This document shows positions 12,920 through 25,402 of a stretch of DNA of 63,995 nt, one piece after another; position 1 is the stretch's first letter, and each line of letters starts with the position of its first letter. The translations under genes were made by a program, and so were the position numbers. Origin of the DNA: Octopus bimaculoides (lineage: Eukaryota); assembly GCF_001194135.2 (NCBI RefSeq), contig NC_068988.1, forward strand, positions 20,732,471 to 20,796,465, in the 5' to 3' direction. A model generated the notes under the pieces. That model saw nothing but the letters and a program-made list of their open reading frames with translations. It did not search any database and was not told where the DNA came from.

Positions 12920-13100
12920 ATATACATGCAAACACACATATACAGCAAGCTTTTTACAGTTTCTGTCTACTAAACCCACTCACAAGGTTTTGATTGACCT
13001 GCAGCTATAGTAGAGGACACTTGCATGTCATGCCATGCATTGGAACAGACCCTCGAACCATGTGAGTGGGAAGCAAACTTTTTACCACACAGCCATGCAT
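12920..13100 (-). mobile_element. Diverged SINE family A 5' half
   Basis: cactcacaaggttt...ctatagtagaggacacttgc...tttaccacacagcca. Confidence 0.65.
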
Positions 13101-13116
13101 GCAGCAATCGTGTGTG

Positions 13117-13141
13117 GTGTGTGTGTGTGTATATGTGTGAG

Positions 13142-13197
<56 letters not shown>

Positions 13198-13289
13198 CTT
13201 CTTTCAGTTTCCATCTATCAAATCCAATTTTATATATGTGTGTGTGTGTGTGTTGTTCATACACCTGTCGTTGTCTTTCTGTAAATTTC

Positions 13290-13336
<47 letters not shown>

Positions 13337-13352
13337 CACATGTATATATGTA

Positions 13353-13445
<93 letters not shown>

Positions 13446-13601
13446 CNNNNNNNNNNNNNNNNNNNNNNNNNNNNNNNNNNNNNNNNNNNNNNNNNNNNNN
13501 NNNNNNNNNNNNNNNNNNNNNNNNNNNNNNNNNNNNNNNNNNNNNNNNNNNNNNNNNNNNNNNNNNNNNNNNNNNNNNNNNNNNNNNNNNNNNNNNNNNN
13601 N

Positions 13602-13678
<77 letters not shown>
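13117..13678. repeat. Compound microsatellite (GA/TG/TA/CA) spanning an N gap
   Basis: Seen directly. Confidence 0.9.
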
Positions 13679-13680
<2 letters not shown>

Positions 13681-14179
13681 CAGATATGATGGTGATGATG
13701 ATAAGAATAAGGATGACAGAAGAAAACCAACTATTGAAATTTTATTGATTAAAAAACCTGAAGTGAAAGAGGGAGAAATAAGGCAGTGAAGTTGAGAGAA
13801 GAATGGTTGGAAAAAGAAGAAAGCTGATATTTCAAAATGAGTAGATTGATAATAAATGAAATAGTTTGAGGGTATTTAGAATGGCAGAGTTCCAATGGAT
13901 GTTGATAGTCTATTGATTGTAGTAGATCAATAAGCAAGTACTGAGAAATAATAGTTTCAAGATATACTATCAACTACAAAGTAACAACTAGTATATTGAG
14001 ATCACAGAGAAACAGTTGACATAAGGTAAGAATAAGGAACTATGTAAGAAAAGTCCGTATGTATGTAGGTGTGAAGATGACGAGGAGGCGAAGAGAGTAT
14101 GTTAAGAAGTATGCACAAGGATGTGCGTGTGAGAGTTTGTTTTAACAAGAATAAGTAAGTGTGCATATAGATGAGCTTC

Positions 14180-14211
<32 letters not shown>

Positions 14212-14329
14212 TGCATGCACAAGCATACAGATGTACATTCAGAAGAGTGTGTGTGCGTGCATAAAAAAAAATGTGAACGTGGCAGTTTGTGTGAGAGTTA
14301 GGGGTATGTGCTTATGCATATGCAGCTGT

Positions 14330-14361
<32 letters not shown>

Positions 14362-14582
14362 TAGAGAGAGAGAGAGAGAGTACATGGATGTGTGAGTGCA
14401 CATGCATGCAGTGTTATGTATAATTATTTGTGTATGTAAACTTATGTACAAGCAGAAAAAGATGCATGAGTATGTATGCATGTGTATGTGCATATGTGCT
14501 TCAACGAAGGATATTCATCCAATAATAGCAAAGTATAACAGTCTCTCTTGCTATTATAAAAGCCTTCTCAACAGTCACAGGC

Positions 14583-14625
<43 letters not shown>

Positions 14626-14647
14626 CATCACTATTACTATTATTAAA

Positions 14648-14875
14648 GCAGTGAGCTAGTAAAATCACAAGTGTGTCCGACAAAATGCTTACCAGTATTT
14701 TGTCTGCGTCTCTGTTCTGAGTTGAAATCCTTCTGAGGTCAACTTTGTCTTTCATCCATTCGAAGTTGATAAAATAAGTACCAGCTGAGTACTGGGGTCA
14801 CTGTAATCAACTAGCCCCCACCCCACCCCCCAAAAAAAATTTCAAGCCTCGTGCCTATAGTAGAAAGGATTATTG
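14648..14875 (+). mobile_element. Family B SINE (older subfamily, tail ending in (ATT)n)
   Basis: gcagtgagct...ttctgagttgaaat...ctttcatcc...gataaaataagtaccag...gcctatagtagaaaggattatt. Confidence 0.75.
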
Positions 14876-14902
14876 TTATCATTGTTATTATTATTATTAT
14901 TG

Positions 14903-15293
14903 TGGAGGCACAATAGCCCAGTGTTTAGGGCAGCGGACTCATGGTCATAGGATCGTGGTTTCAATTCCCAGACTGGGCTTTGTGAATGTTTATTGACCAA
15001 AAACACCTAAAGTTCCTCGAGGCTCCGGCAGCCGGTAGTGGCGAACCCTGCTGTGCTCTTTCACCACAACTTTCTCTCTCTCTCTCTTACTTCCTGTTTC
15101 TGTTGTGCCTGTAATTCAAAGGGTCAGCCTTGTCACACTGTGTCACGCTGAATATCCCCGAGAACTACGTTAAGCGTACACGTGTCTGTGGAGTGCTCAG
15201 CCACTTGCACGTTAATTTCACGAGCAGGCTGTTCCGTTGATCGGTCAACTGGAACCCTTGACGTCGTAAGTGATGGAGTGCCAACAACAACAA
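14903..15293 (+). mobile_element. SINE family D, full length
   Basis: Matches the reverse complement of 32088-32472 along its length. Confidence 0.88.
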
Positions 15294-15295
15294 TA

Positions 15296-15329
<34 letters not shown>

Positions 15330-15350
15330 GATTATCATTATTATTATTAA

Positions 15351-15680
15351 AGCAGTCAGCTGGTAGAATTGTTAGCACATCAGACAAAACGCTTAGTGGC
15401 AATTTTCCAGCTCTTTACTTCCAGAGTTCAAATCATGCAGAGGCCAACTTTGCATTTCATCCTTACAGGGTCGATGAAATAAAGAAATAATCAATTACTG
15501 GGGTTGTTGTAAATAACTAACCACCCCCTGCTAAAATTGCTGGCCTTGTACCAAATTTTGAAACCATTATAAGCACAACTATCCACTGAAGTTGACTTTG
15601 CCTTTCATCCTTTCAGAATCAATAAAATAAATACTAGCTGAGCACTGGGGTCGATGTAATAGACCAGGCCTTCAACCTGT
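15351..15680 (+). mobile_element. Family B SINE plus a second partial copy
   Basis: Two copies of the core ctttcatcctt...gat.aaataaa. Confidence 0.7.
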
Positions 15681-16442
15681 AGCAGAAGGGGATAATTATC
15701 CATTTGTGAGGTGTGTGTGGAACTTTCTTCAGCTTGCTTGAAGACAGGGTGAGAATATGGTGGGGGGAGGGGGCGGAACGTTAAGCTATATTCATATATT
15801 ACCTGTGAAATTGTTCAGACAATGAAAAGTTTGCAACAAATAGAAAAGCAGACAGAGACAGACCACTATGGAAGCTTTGAGGATTTATAGTGGAAAACAG
15901 GAGAGTTGAACGAAAAGGGGGATGGTGTTAAAAAAGAGAAGTAAAATGGGAAGTAAATACATGAAGTGATAAATAGTAGTTAAAACAACATCAACAAAGT
16001 AGCATTCTTTTGAAGTAGCTTGGTAACCGGGGAAGAAAGGAAGAGCGAGCTACAGCAGCAACAGCACTAAACACTGTTAGAAAATCTCTCAGCTAACAAG
16101 GGCAGATAATTCAGGATGACCACCATCTTTTGTAGGCGACACGGATCACACTAATTGATTTCATTTCACTTGCATACAAACTTACAGCTTTGTATGGAAT
16201 ATGGTCTATTTCAACAGGTACTGGTACATCACAGGGGCAGTTATATTCGGTGTTGTATTGTCTGCCAGTTTACTGCTTCATGGAAATAACAAATAACACT
16301 GATAAAAATTGTGAGCCTGTATATGCATATACAGATGTATCTGAGGATATGAGTGTCTGCATGCATGTGTAAAAAATACACACACATGAGCATATATACA
16401 TACTTACATACACACACACACACATGTGCATATATACATACT

Positions 16443-16476
<34 letters not shown>

Positions 16477-16599
16477 TATGCATCTATACATACTTACACA
16501 CACACATTTATGCATCTTGTACCCCTGATATAACTGTCTTTCAAATTACAGTAGTTGACCAATCTGCTGGACTCAACACTCACCAAAACATCCATTTAA

Positions 16600-16818
16600 T
16601 CATTTAGCATTTAAACTGGCCATATCCAGCCAAAATATCCCACCTGTTTTGTGTTTAAACCAACCCATCCAGCTTCTCACACCTACGCTACAATGTCATT
16701 CTAGAACCAAACACTCGCATCATTAAAATCCTGAAGCTACGAAATAATCTACGATTAACTTAAAACAATGCCAATAGATAAACACTGTGTTCAACAAAGT
16801 AGCCTGAATGCTAAAGGG
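16600..16818. mobile_element. piggyBac-like MITE (TTAA TSD)
   Basis: TTAA|TCATTTAGCATT ... AATGCTAAAGGG|TTAA. Confidence 0.75.
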
Positions 16819-16822
16819 TTAA

Positions 16823-17860
16823 AGCAATAACAGATGCAGATTTTTCAGATGATGCTGCATTGTTATCAGATCTAGGTGAAGAAGGCCAGCAACTGTTGCT
16901 AAGAATAAAAATTGCAGCTACTCAAAGATACTTATATGTGAACAAGACAAATGCTGAGTTCACCTCTCTTGATCAGCTTCAACAGGTATCTTTATCGGAG
17001 GACACAAACTGAAAGAAGTGAAATATTTCCAGTATCTCAGTATCTGAATAACAAACATACATACTCAGGAAAGAATAGACAGCTCAAAATTAGTCAGCAT
17101 CTAACAAAGCAACAGAAATCCATCCATCTTCTCTGCTCACTATTTCTAGGAGGATCACTTGATGGGGGGGGGGGGTAAAATCTCAAGCACCTCCTTCATA
17201 GAGTCCTATCAAATCAAACATCATTACGTTTTCCGGTGGATTCCCAAACATGGTCAACTGAAACTATCTCACTCGTGGGCTGCCGCTAGGTTTCTTGCTG
17301 GTTAGCTTGGCTTGAAGAATCCATTTGTTAGCTTGGCCTGAAGAATCCATTTTGTGATCCTTTCCTGCAGCTGTGACCTTTCAGTACAAAGGAGTAGTGA
17401 CTTGACCAGGAGTCACTCTCTGATCTCTGAGCCATGCAAATCTAAAATGGGATCTGAAAAATTCTTCAGAACAACAACAGAGAGTGTGCTGATGTATGGT
17501 ACTAAAACATGGTCTCTGACAAAACCCCAGGAAATCGATGGGACAGTGCCTTCACAAGATTACTATAAGCAACTCTCAACATGACATGGAGGAAACATAA
17601 AACCGTTATGGCAATCTAACTTCTAATAACAACCATATTGCAACAATAATGATTAAAGTTTATAGGTGACTGTCAGAGAAGCCAAGATAAGACAGTATAT
17701 CAGCTGTTGCTATGGAAGCCAACTCATAAAGACTGAGATGAAAAACCAACAACTACAAGACACAGGGATAAAACTGAAAAACCTGACTACTGTTAAGGTT
17801 GATACTACTAACTGGCAGTCACTTGTTGGAGCACCTAAGTTCATTCATGAAAGAAGATGT
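16823..17860 (+). mobile_element. Decayed RTE-clade LINE reverse transcriptase (interrupted at about 17150-17430)
   Basis: AITDADFSDDAALLSD...QQLLLRIKIAA (YADD-motif region), LKEVKYFQYL, and KFFRTTTESVLMYGTKTWSLTK...YQLLLWKPTH; contains stops and frameshifts. Confidence 0.75.
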
Positions 17861-17878
17861 ACATGAATATAAACATAT

Positions 17879-18287
17879 AGGCGCAGGAGTGGCTGTGTGG
17901 TAAGTAGCTTGCTTACCAATCACATGGTTCCGGGTTCAATCCCACTGCGTGGCACCTTAGGCAAGTGTCTTCTACTATAGCCTTAGGCCGACCAAAGCCT
18001 TGTGAGTGGATCTGGTAGATGGAAACTGAAAGAAGCCCATTGTAAATATGTATATATATATCGGTATGTGTGCGTGTATATATGTTTGTGTGTCTGTGTT
18101 TGTCCCCCCAACATCGCTTGACAACCGATGCTGGTGTGTTTACGTCCCCGTCACTTAGCGGTTCGGCATAAGAGACCGATAGAATATGTACTAGGCTTAC
18201 AAAGAATAAGTCCTGGGGTCGATTTGCTCGACTAAAGGCGGTGCTCCAGCATGGCCACAGTCAAATGACTGAAACAAGTAAAAGAGT
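17879..18287 (+). mobile_element. SINE family A copy
   Basis: Full head, core and tail match family A; short internal microsatellite. Confidence 0.9.
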
Positions 18288-19267
18288 ATGCAATACACAT
18301 GATGACAACGGCAATGATGACAACGGCAATGATGACATTAGTATAGCATAAATTTAATATTGCTTACAATTGTTCCAGTAGCAGCCCATTACATATAAAC
18401 CACATTACATATAAACAATTATGTGTGCTACATGCATTACACAAGACCTGTATAAGTATGCATGGATCCAAATCGGTGAGAATTTTGCATAAGAAATATG
18501 TGAAAATTTTTCCCATATCTGGTCTTACATAATACACATATGCAAACACAATATTTTTTCAACAGATGTAAACTCTCAATTAATTTGCTGTAACTCAGAT
18601 GTACCATGTGCACACCGATATAACATTAAAATCGATTTTGTTGACGATTAACACACCGTGTACCTAATATCTCACTAAGAGATATTTGTCTGTATTTGGG
18701 ACACTGTATGTAGTGTCACTTGTTTTATTAAACTCGTCCGGTTTGTCCTATATAGTTCTCTCTACGTGCTGAATATGTCATTCCATAAATTCGACATTCG
18801 TTAATATTCTTTCCATTGACTTCAGCCATCTTTTACTTTTTGTAATAATTACGCATTTGTAAACAAATGATTTATCCAAGTGTCCCTTTCTCAGTATCAG
18901 TTCATTTTGAAAAATAATGTTATACATTTCACTGTTTCAAAGATTTTGAGTGGAAACATGTGGTAATGCTTTCAATTCAGGTATATTATTTCATTTTGCT
19001 TGTTTTAGGACCCAAATATTGTCTTGCCTCATTGTAACCCAACATCAATCAAGAATGGTAAATAATGTCTGTGGATGAACGTATCTTTAAGTTCTTGAGG
19101 CTGATCTCATGAGTATTTATATTGGATACAGCTGTGAATATTCTTTTGATTAAAATAATTGGAATATTTGTTCTAGTGTGTTTTGGGTGACATGAAGTAA
19201 AAAGTAGACACTGTTTTTTGAGTTTGTAAACTTCTAATATATGTTAATCTCAATGTGATTGTTGACA

Positions 19268-19576
19268 TAGGAGTGGCTGTGTGGTAAGTAACTTGCCTAC
19301 CAACCACATGGTACTGGGTTCAGTCCCACTGCGTGGCACCTTGGGCAAGTGTCTTCTACTATAGCCTTGGGCCAACCAAAGCCCTGAGTGGATCTGGTAG
19401 ACGGAAACGGAAAGAAGCCCGTCGTATATATGTATGTATATATATATGTGTGTGTGTGTGTGTTTGTGTGTCTGTGTTTGTCCCCCCAACATTGCTTCAC
19501 AACCGATGGTGGTGTTTACATCCCCGTAATCTAGTGGCTCAGCAAAAGAAACCGATAGAATAAGTACTAGGCTTAC
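19268..19576 (+). mobile_element. SINE family A copy, 3'-truncated
   Basis: Match ends at AATAAGTACTAGGCTTAC. Confidence 0.85.
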
Positions 19577-19652
19577 TGGCATGGATGAGATGAATATATT
19601 ATTGAGACACTGTTTGATAGCCGGATACTCTTCCTGTCACTAACCTTGAAAT

Positions 19653-19685
<33 letters not shown>

Positions 19686-19842
19686 NNNNNNNNNNNNNNN
19701 NNNNNNNNNNNNNNNNNNNNNNNNNNNNNNNNNNNNNNNNNNNNNNNNNNNNNNNNNNNNNNNNNNNNNNNNNNNNNNNNNNNNNNNNNNNNNNNNNNNN
19801 NNNNNNNNNNNNNNNNNNNTATACATATGTTTATAGACATTA

Positions 19843-20037
19843 TCATCATCATGTAATGTCCGCTTTCCGTGTTGGCATGGATTGGACAATTTGACAGGGA
19901 CTGGCAAGCTGGAGAGCTGCAACAGGCCCCAGCCCAGTCATCTGTTTTGGCATGGTTCCTATGACTGAATGCACTTCTTAATGCCAACCATGAGTGCTTT
20001 TGTACGTGGTGCCAGCACAAATGCTTTTTACATGGCA
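19843..20037 (-). mobile_element. Family C element (older)
   Basis: catcatcatcatgtaatgtccgctttccgtgttggcatggg... Confidence 0.7.
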
Positions 20038-20072
<35 letters not shown>

Positions 20073-20274
20073 CTCTTCAAAACACCAGTGTTGAATGGTG
20101 GCAGCTGATGAAGGAAATGTTCTCTATGTGGCCTGTGTGTTTTCTGTACTTGTTTATCATTTTGTCTACATTTTGTTTGCAATGTCCTCTGCCCAGATAT
20201 GCATCTATATATACAAGTAGATGTAAGTATGTACATACATGTATGTATATATGCATATACTCATTTATTATTTG

Positions 20275-20340
<66 letters not shown>

Positions 20341-21349
20341 GCACATACACACAGACACACACATACACACCATCACCACCACCACCAATATACCTCACCC
20401 AACTCAGAGAGAGAACCAGAGTTTCAAAAAAAGAACTCTTCCAGCTCTCTCAGCTATTCTTACCCTTTCTTTTCAATACAAATATCTTCTTTCAGGTACC
20501 AATCACTTCCCCTAATGACACCCACTCAGCCGCCAACTAACTCTATTTTCAACTTGTTTTTTTTGTTTTAATACTCTTCCTCTTCACTGTGTGTGTGAAT
20601 GCGTGCACGCACATGTGTGTGTACACACATGTATATTTTCTGGAATTTGACTACTTCTTTTAATGAATTGTTTATTCCAAAAAATATCATCTTTATCCCC
20701 AAAGAAAACATTGCTCACTCATTGGTTGGTTGGTTGGATTACGAAGGTGTAGTTTCTTTTATATTTTCATTGCTTCTATGTCACTGAAAAAAGGCTTGCA
20801 ATAACATGGATAGCAGCAGTTCATCAGACATGGTACAGCATCCTGATTAATACCTTGCAGTATTTAGTTTCATTGGCTCCTACCTTCTGAGTTCAGACCT
20901 CTTCGAGATTGTTTGCTTTCACTTCTACAGTAAAGTAACATGACCTAATGTTAAATTTGAATGAAAGATTGTTATCTTAGAACACTGGTTGCAAACAGCT
21001 GACACCCTATTACATTCTCCAACAATCGTTCTAATTTAGGAACACCACCAACAATTTGAGAAAAGGAGATTAGTTGAAACCATGAACCTCAGTACTTGAC
21101 TGGCACTTTATTTTGTTGATCCCGAAAGGATGAAAAACAAAGTTAACTTCAACAGGATTTGAACTCAGAATGTAAAAAAAAAACAGAACTAAATACCATG
21201 AGGTACTTCTGCCATTTCACTGCTCTTAACAATTTCTAACATGGGCATAAGTCTCAACATCTAGGGAAAGAGGTCGGTGAATTACATCTGCTCCTCCTCC
21301 CCCATACTAATTATACATAAAATATAATGATGAAGGAAATGAAGTGGGT

Positions 21350-21930
21350 ATGTTTTGCTGGATGTGCAATGTCGGTGTGCATGTACGACAGTGTGTGAGC
21401 ATCTCGAGGGAAAAGTTGGGCATAAGAGGCATCAGATGTGGTGTTCAAGAGAGACGATTGTGCTGGTATGACCATGTGATGTATATGGATGAAGACAGCT
21501 GTGTAAAGAAGTTCTGATCTCTAAATGTGGCGGGAACCTGTGGGAGAGATAAACCCAGGAAGACACAGAACAAGATGGCAAAGCATGATCTTCAAACAAT
21601 GGGCCCCATGGAGGCAATGACAAGTGACCGAGACCTATGGTGATATGTCATGCTTGAGAAGACCCATCAAATCAAATGAAATCGTAGTCATGGCTGATGC
21701 TGGTGTCATGTGACTGGCACTTATGCTGATGGTACATAAAAGCACCCAAGCTGATGGTAGGTTAAAAGCACCCATTACACCCTTGGAGTAGATTGTATTA
21801 GGAAGGGCATCCAGTTATAGAAACCATGCCAAACCAGACTAGAACTTGGTGCAGCTCTCCGGCTTGCCAGTTCCAGTCAAAGCATCTAACCCATGCCGGT
21901 ATGGAAAGCAGACATGAAATGATGATGATG
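21350..21930 (+). mobile_element. 5'-truncated RTE-clade LINE: decayed ORF end plus 3' UTR ending in (GAT)n
   Basis: Decayed translation resembles WMCNV..HVRQ...LREKLGIRGIRCGVQERRL.WY.HVM.MDEDSCVKK...G..GR..PRKT, the RTE post-RT region. The UTR contains GGAAGGGCATCCAG and ends GGAAAGCAGACATGAAATGATGATGATG. Confidence 0.75.
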
Positions 21931-22231
21931 AACGATTTACTTCACCTGATAATTGTCTATATAAGAGACTGCACCATTCATGTCTTTCCCAGCCTATTTC
22001 AGCAAAGGGGAAACAAATTATATATGATATGTGAATGATGGCAACATTGATGATAGTCAGAGTAATAAAATAAAAAAAGTACTGATAATGACAAAGAGGA
22101 ATATTGACAGTGAAGTGAAAAGGCTACTACCAAGGATAACATTAGTCAATAGATGAGATTTATGAGGAGCTCACTTCTTTTATAATCCTCCACTGCCAAA
22201 CACAGCGATATTAAAATCTAAATACAGTCAG

Positions 22232-22432
22232 TGGCTTATGGCCATGCTGGGGGACACTGCTTTGAAGAGTTTTAGCTGAACAGATTGACCCCAGTATTCA
22301 TTTCTAAGTCTGATATTTATTCTATTGGTCTCTTTTGCCAAACCACTAAGTAACAGATGTAAAACAAACCAACACTGATTGCCAAGCACTGGTGGTGAAA
22401 CAAATACAGCACAAAGACACACATAGATGTGT

Positions 22433-22463
<31 letters not shown>

Positions 22464-22610
22464 CATGCGCAGTTTCTGTTAACTAAATTCACTCACAAGG
22501 CAATGGTCAGCTCAGAGTATAGTAGAAGGCACTTACCCAAGTTACAGGACAGTGAGACTGAACCCGAAACCACATGGTTGGAAAATAAGCTTCTTAACCA
22601 CAAACCCATA
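22232..22610 (-). mobile_element. Older SINE family A copy
   Basis: ggccatgctggggacactgc...attcactcacaaggc...gagactgaacccgaaaccacatggttgg. Confidence 0.7.
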
Positions 22611-23856
22611 CCTTTATTTTGAAATATACTTGTTAACTAATTCTGGAGAAGCTTTTTTTAAGAAGCACAGTCTTAATAGAGGGCACATTACCTGTTTGAA
22701 CTATGACTAATCAACCGAAGACAAGATGCCAAGCATGCTTACTTTGCTGAGAAGTTAAGAAAGGAGATTTAACAATAAAAACAATTTGTGCAAATATTGA
22801 AATTTGCAGAACTACACAACCTATATCAGAATCTAAGATTTTTCATAAATGGCTGGAGAAACATTTTTAAGTTCTTTGTCTCTAAAAAGGAATGGATGGA
22901 GTAGAAGTGAAATAACTAAATAATAAGTCTAACATAACAGATTAGCAACAATGTTGAGAAAGAGAGAGAGAGAGAGAGAATTTCATCAAGGACAAAATGA
23001 GACTTTAAAATGCTAAGCGCCAAATTCCCAGAGGAAGGCACAACAGTTAAAGAAATTAAGTGAGCAGGGAAAATAAAAATATTTAAAAAATATATAGAAT
23101 TTTATGAAACAATAAATAACATGACATATGTTTAAAGATAAGATTTTTTTTTTTTTCAAATTGGCTGTGTGCCAGTCAAGAACATTCTTGCAAACTTATT
23201 TTATCATATATGAGATAAAAGAATATTCAAGACTGAAATGTGCAGTTTCAAAGACGCTTTTTATGTTTAAAATTTCTTCCTTGCATAGGCTGTGAGTAGA
23301 ACATTGGACCATCTAAACATTGGTAAACAATGAAATAGTTGTAGTCATTCACAGCAGATATGGTTGTCGAAAGTTTTGATAACCAATTTATAAATTAACT
23401 TATTCAGGCAAGATGAAAAATTATGCTGACCTTGAAAAAATTTGGGCTGAACATGACCGACTTAATTATACCATCTAAATATCTTGACTAACAAATAGTC
23501 TCATTTTGGATTTTGTCACATCTCAGAAATCTGTTTCGTATTCATATTTGGTTTGTAGAAACTTCTTTATAAGGCTCAATCATTATTCAGTGCTGCCATA
23601 CAATTACGTTATACAGTCTACTAGAGTAGATACATAACATAATCGAGCAACTATCCATGAATGACTGGTATGCTCAGTATATCTAATAAGACCAACCCAC
23701 TCAGTATACCAAATACATTGTCTTACATTCAGCACACCAGACGTACCATGCTAATATATCAGACAATAGTGTTATCAATGATAAAATCAGTAAAGTGCCA
23801 GACAAATTGCCTTACACTATGTACTTAGTTACATCCCTTCATATTCCATGTAACAA

Positions 23857-24160
23857 TCATCATCATCATCATCATCATCGTTTAATGTCCGCTTTCCATG
23901 CTAGCATGAGTTGGACGATTTGACTAAGGACTGGTGAACCAGATGGCTACACCAGGCTCCAATCTGATTTGGCAGAGTTTCTATAACTGGATGCCCTTCC
24001 CAATGCCAACCACTCTGAGAGTGTAGTGGGTGCTTTTACGTGCCACCGGCACGAAGGCCAGTCAGGCAGTACTGGCAACGGCCACGCTCAAAATGGTGTA
24101 TTTTACGTACCACCTGCACAGGAGCCAGTCCGGCGGCACTGGCAACGATCTCGCTCGAAT
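23857..24160 (-). mobile_element. Family C element
   Basis: Near-identical to 5524-5817. Confidence 0.82.
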
Positions 24161-25353
24161 CAATACATTAAACAAATCATGGTACATTCCTTACAGAGAT
24201 CAGGCAAAAAAAAAATGTAAAAACTGTAACCACCACATTTGGTAAAAGAAATTGCAGGGATTTTATTGAGCAATGTGTAGATAAAAAAAAAGCTGCAGAT
24301 TTAAACTGGACATCAATGTAGTCTTCGAAGATTAGTGCAGTAACTGTTCAAGACAGACTCAGTACACATGACCTTAGATTTCTTTGGGTTTATTAGAGAG
24401 AATTGGTAACACAGCACATTGTGCGTTTGTGTAGGTCAGATGAGTGGAAAGTCTGTTGTCTGAATATTTTTCAGAACAGTTATTACTACAACAACTTACT
24501 ATACCACAAGCTGTGATCCAAAGAATGTAAGTAAAAGCCATCAGTCTTATTAGTAAAGATTTAATCACAAGCATGCTATCAAAACTGGCCCACATATACT
24601 CTATCTCTTCTGTTTCTACTACAATGATCATTCATCTTAGCAAATTACATACAGTCTTTGCACTGGTCAACTCAATGCACTTGGCCCTTCATTTTGCTAT
24701 TCTTGTCTTACTACTCCAAACTAGAACATTTTTTTTTTTAATCCTTTTTTTTTCACTTTCCAGAACTAAATCCTCTTTGAAATCCCCATTACTCACCCTT
24801 CTCTTACAGACATCAACCACAAAGAACATAACTATTTATCTGACTAATTGTAAGGCTTACAATGGCAATGCTCTGCTCCTCAAAATTTTTTTAAATTAAT
24901 TTATTAATTTTTAAGATGCTGATAAAATAATCTTTCTTTTGTTTTTTTCCGTTCTCACATTTCTAAAGCTAATATTATCCCCATCAGCTCAAATTTTGCT
25001 AACTTTTAAATTTAACTGTTCCCAATAAAGGAAGAGCTCTACCTGATACATTTGCTGGTTTTACGAATGACACTTATGTTCCTAGATATTTGCTTTATAC
25101 TTATCCAAATTACATTTTTATGAAACATTCAAAGACATCAGTTCCTTGCAATCACTCTCACACAGATCTTAATGAACTGCTCCAATTTTTCAGATCACTC
25201 TTTTGGATCATTTTCCATTACAGTATGAAAGTAGATGTTGTGAATGACACTATCCTGACAAGTTTCTACCTCTCATAGTTTCATAGGAGATTAATGAAAT
25301 TCAGTCACTGAAATCACTTTGAATCACCACCACCACCACCACCACCACCACCA

Positions 25354-25402
<49 letters not shown>

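Noticed and set aside
14903-14975. tRNA genes at SINE heads
   Set aside because: A/B boxes are present but they continue into SINE bodies with tails and TSDs; these are tRNA-derived heads, not tRNAs.
18299-18336. Short tandem duplications (15-mer here, 16-mer near 47603, ~40-mer at 16380-16510)
   Set aside because: Ordinary slippage products in low-complexity DNA.
20100-20150. CTGATGAAGG motif as a second hammerhead
   Set aside because: No closing stem II or GAAAC downstream.
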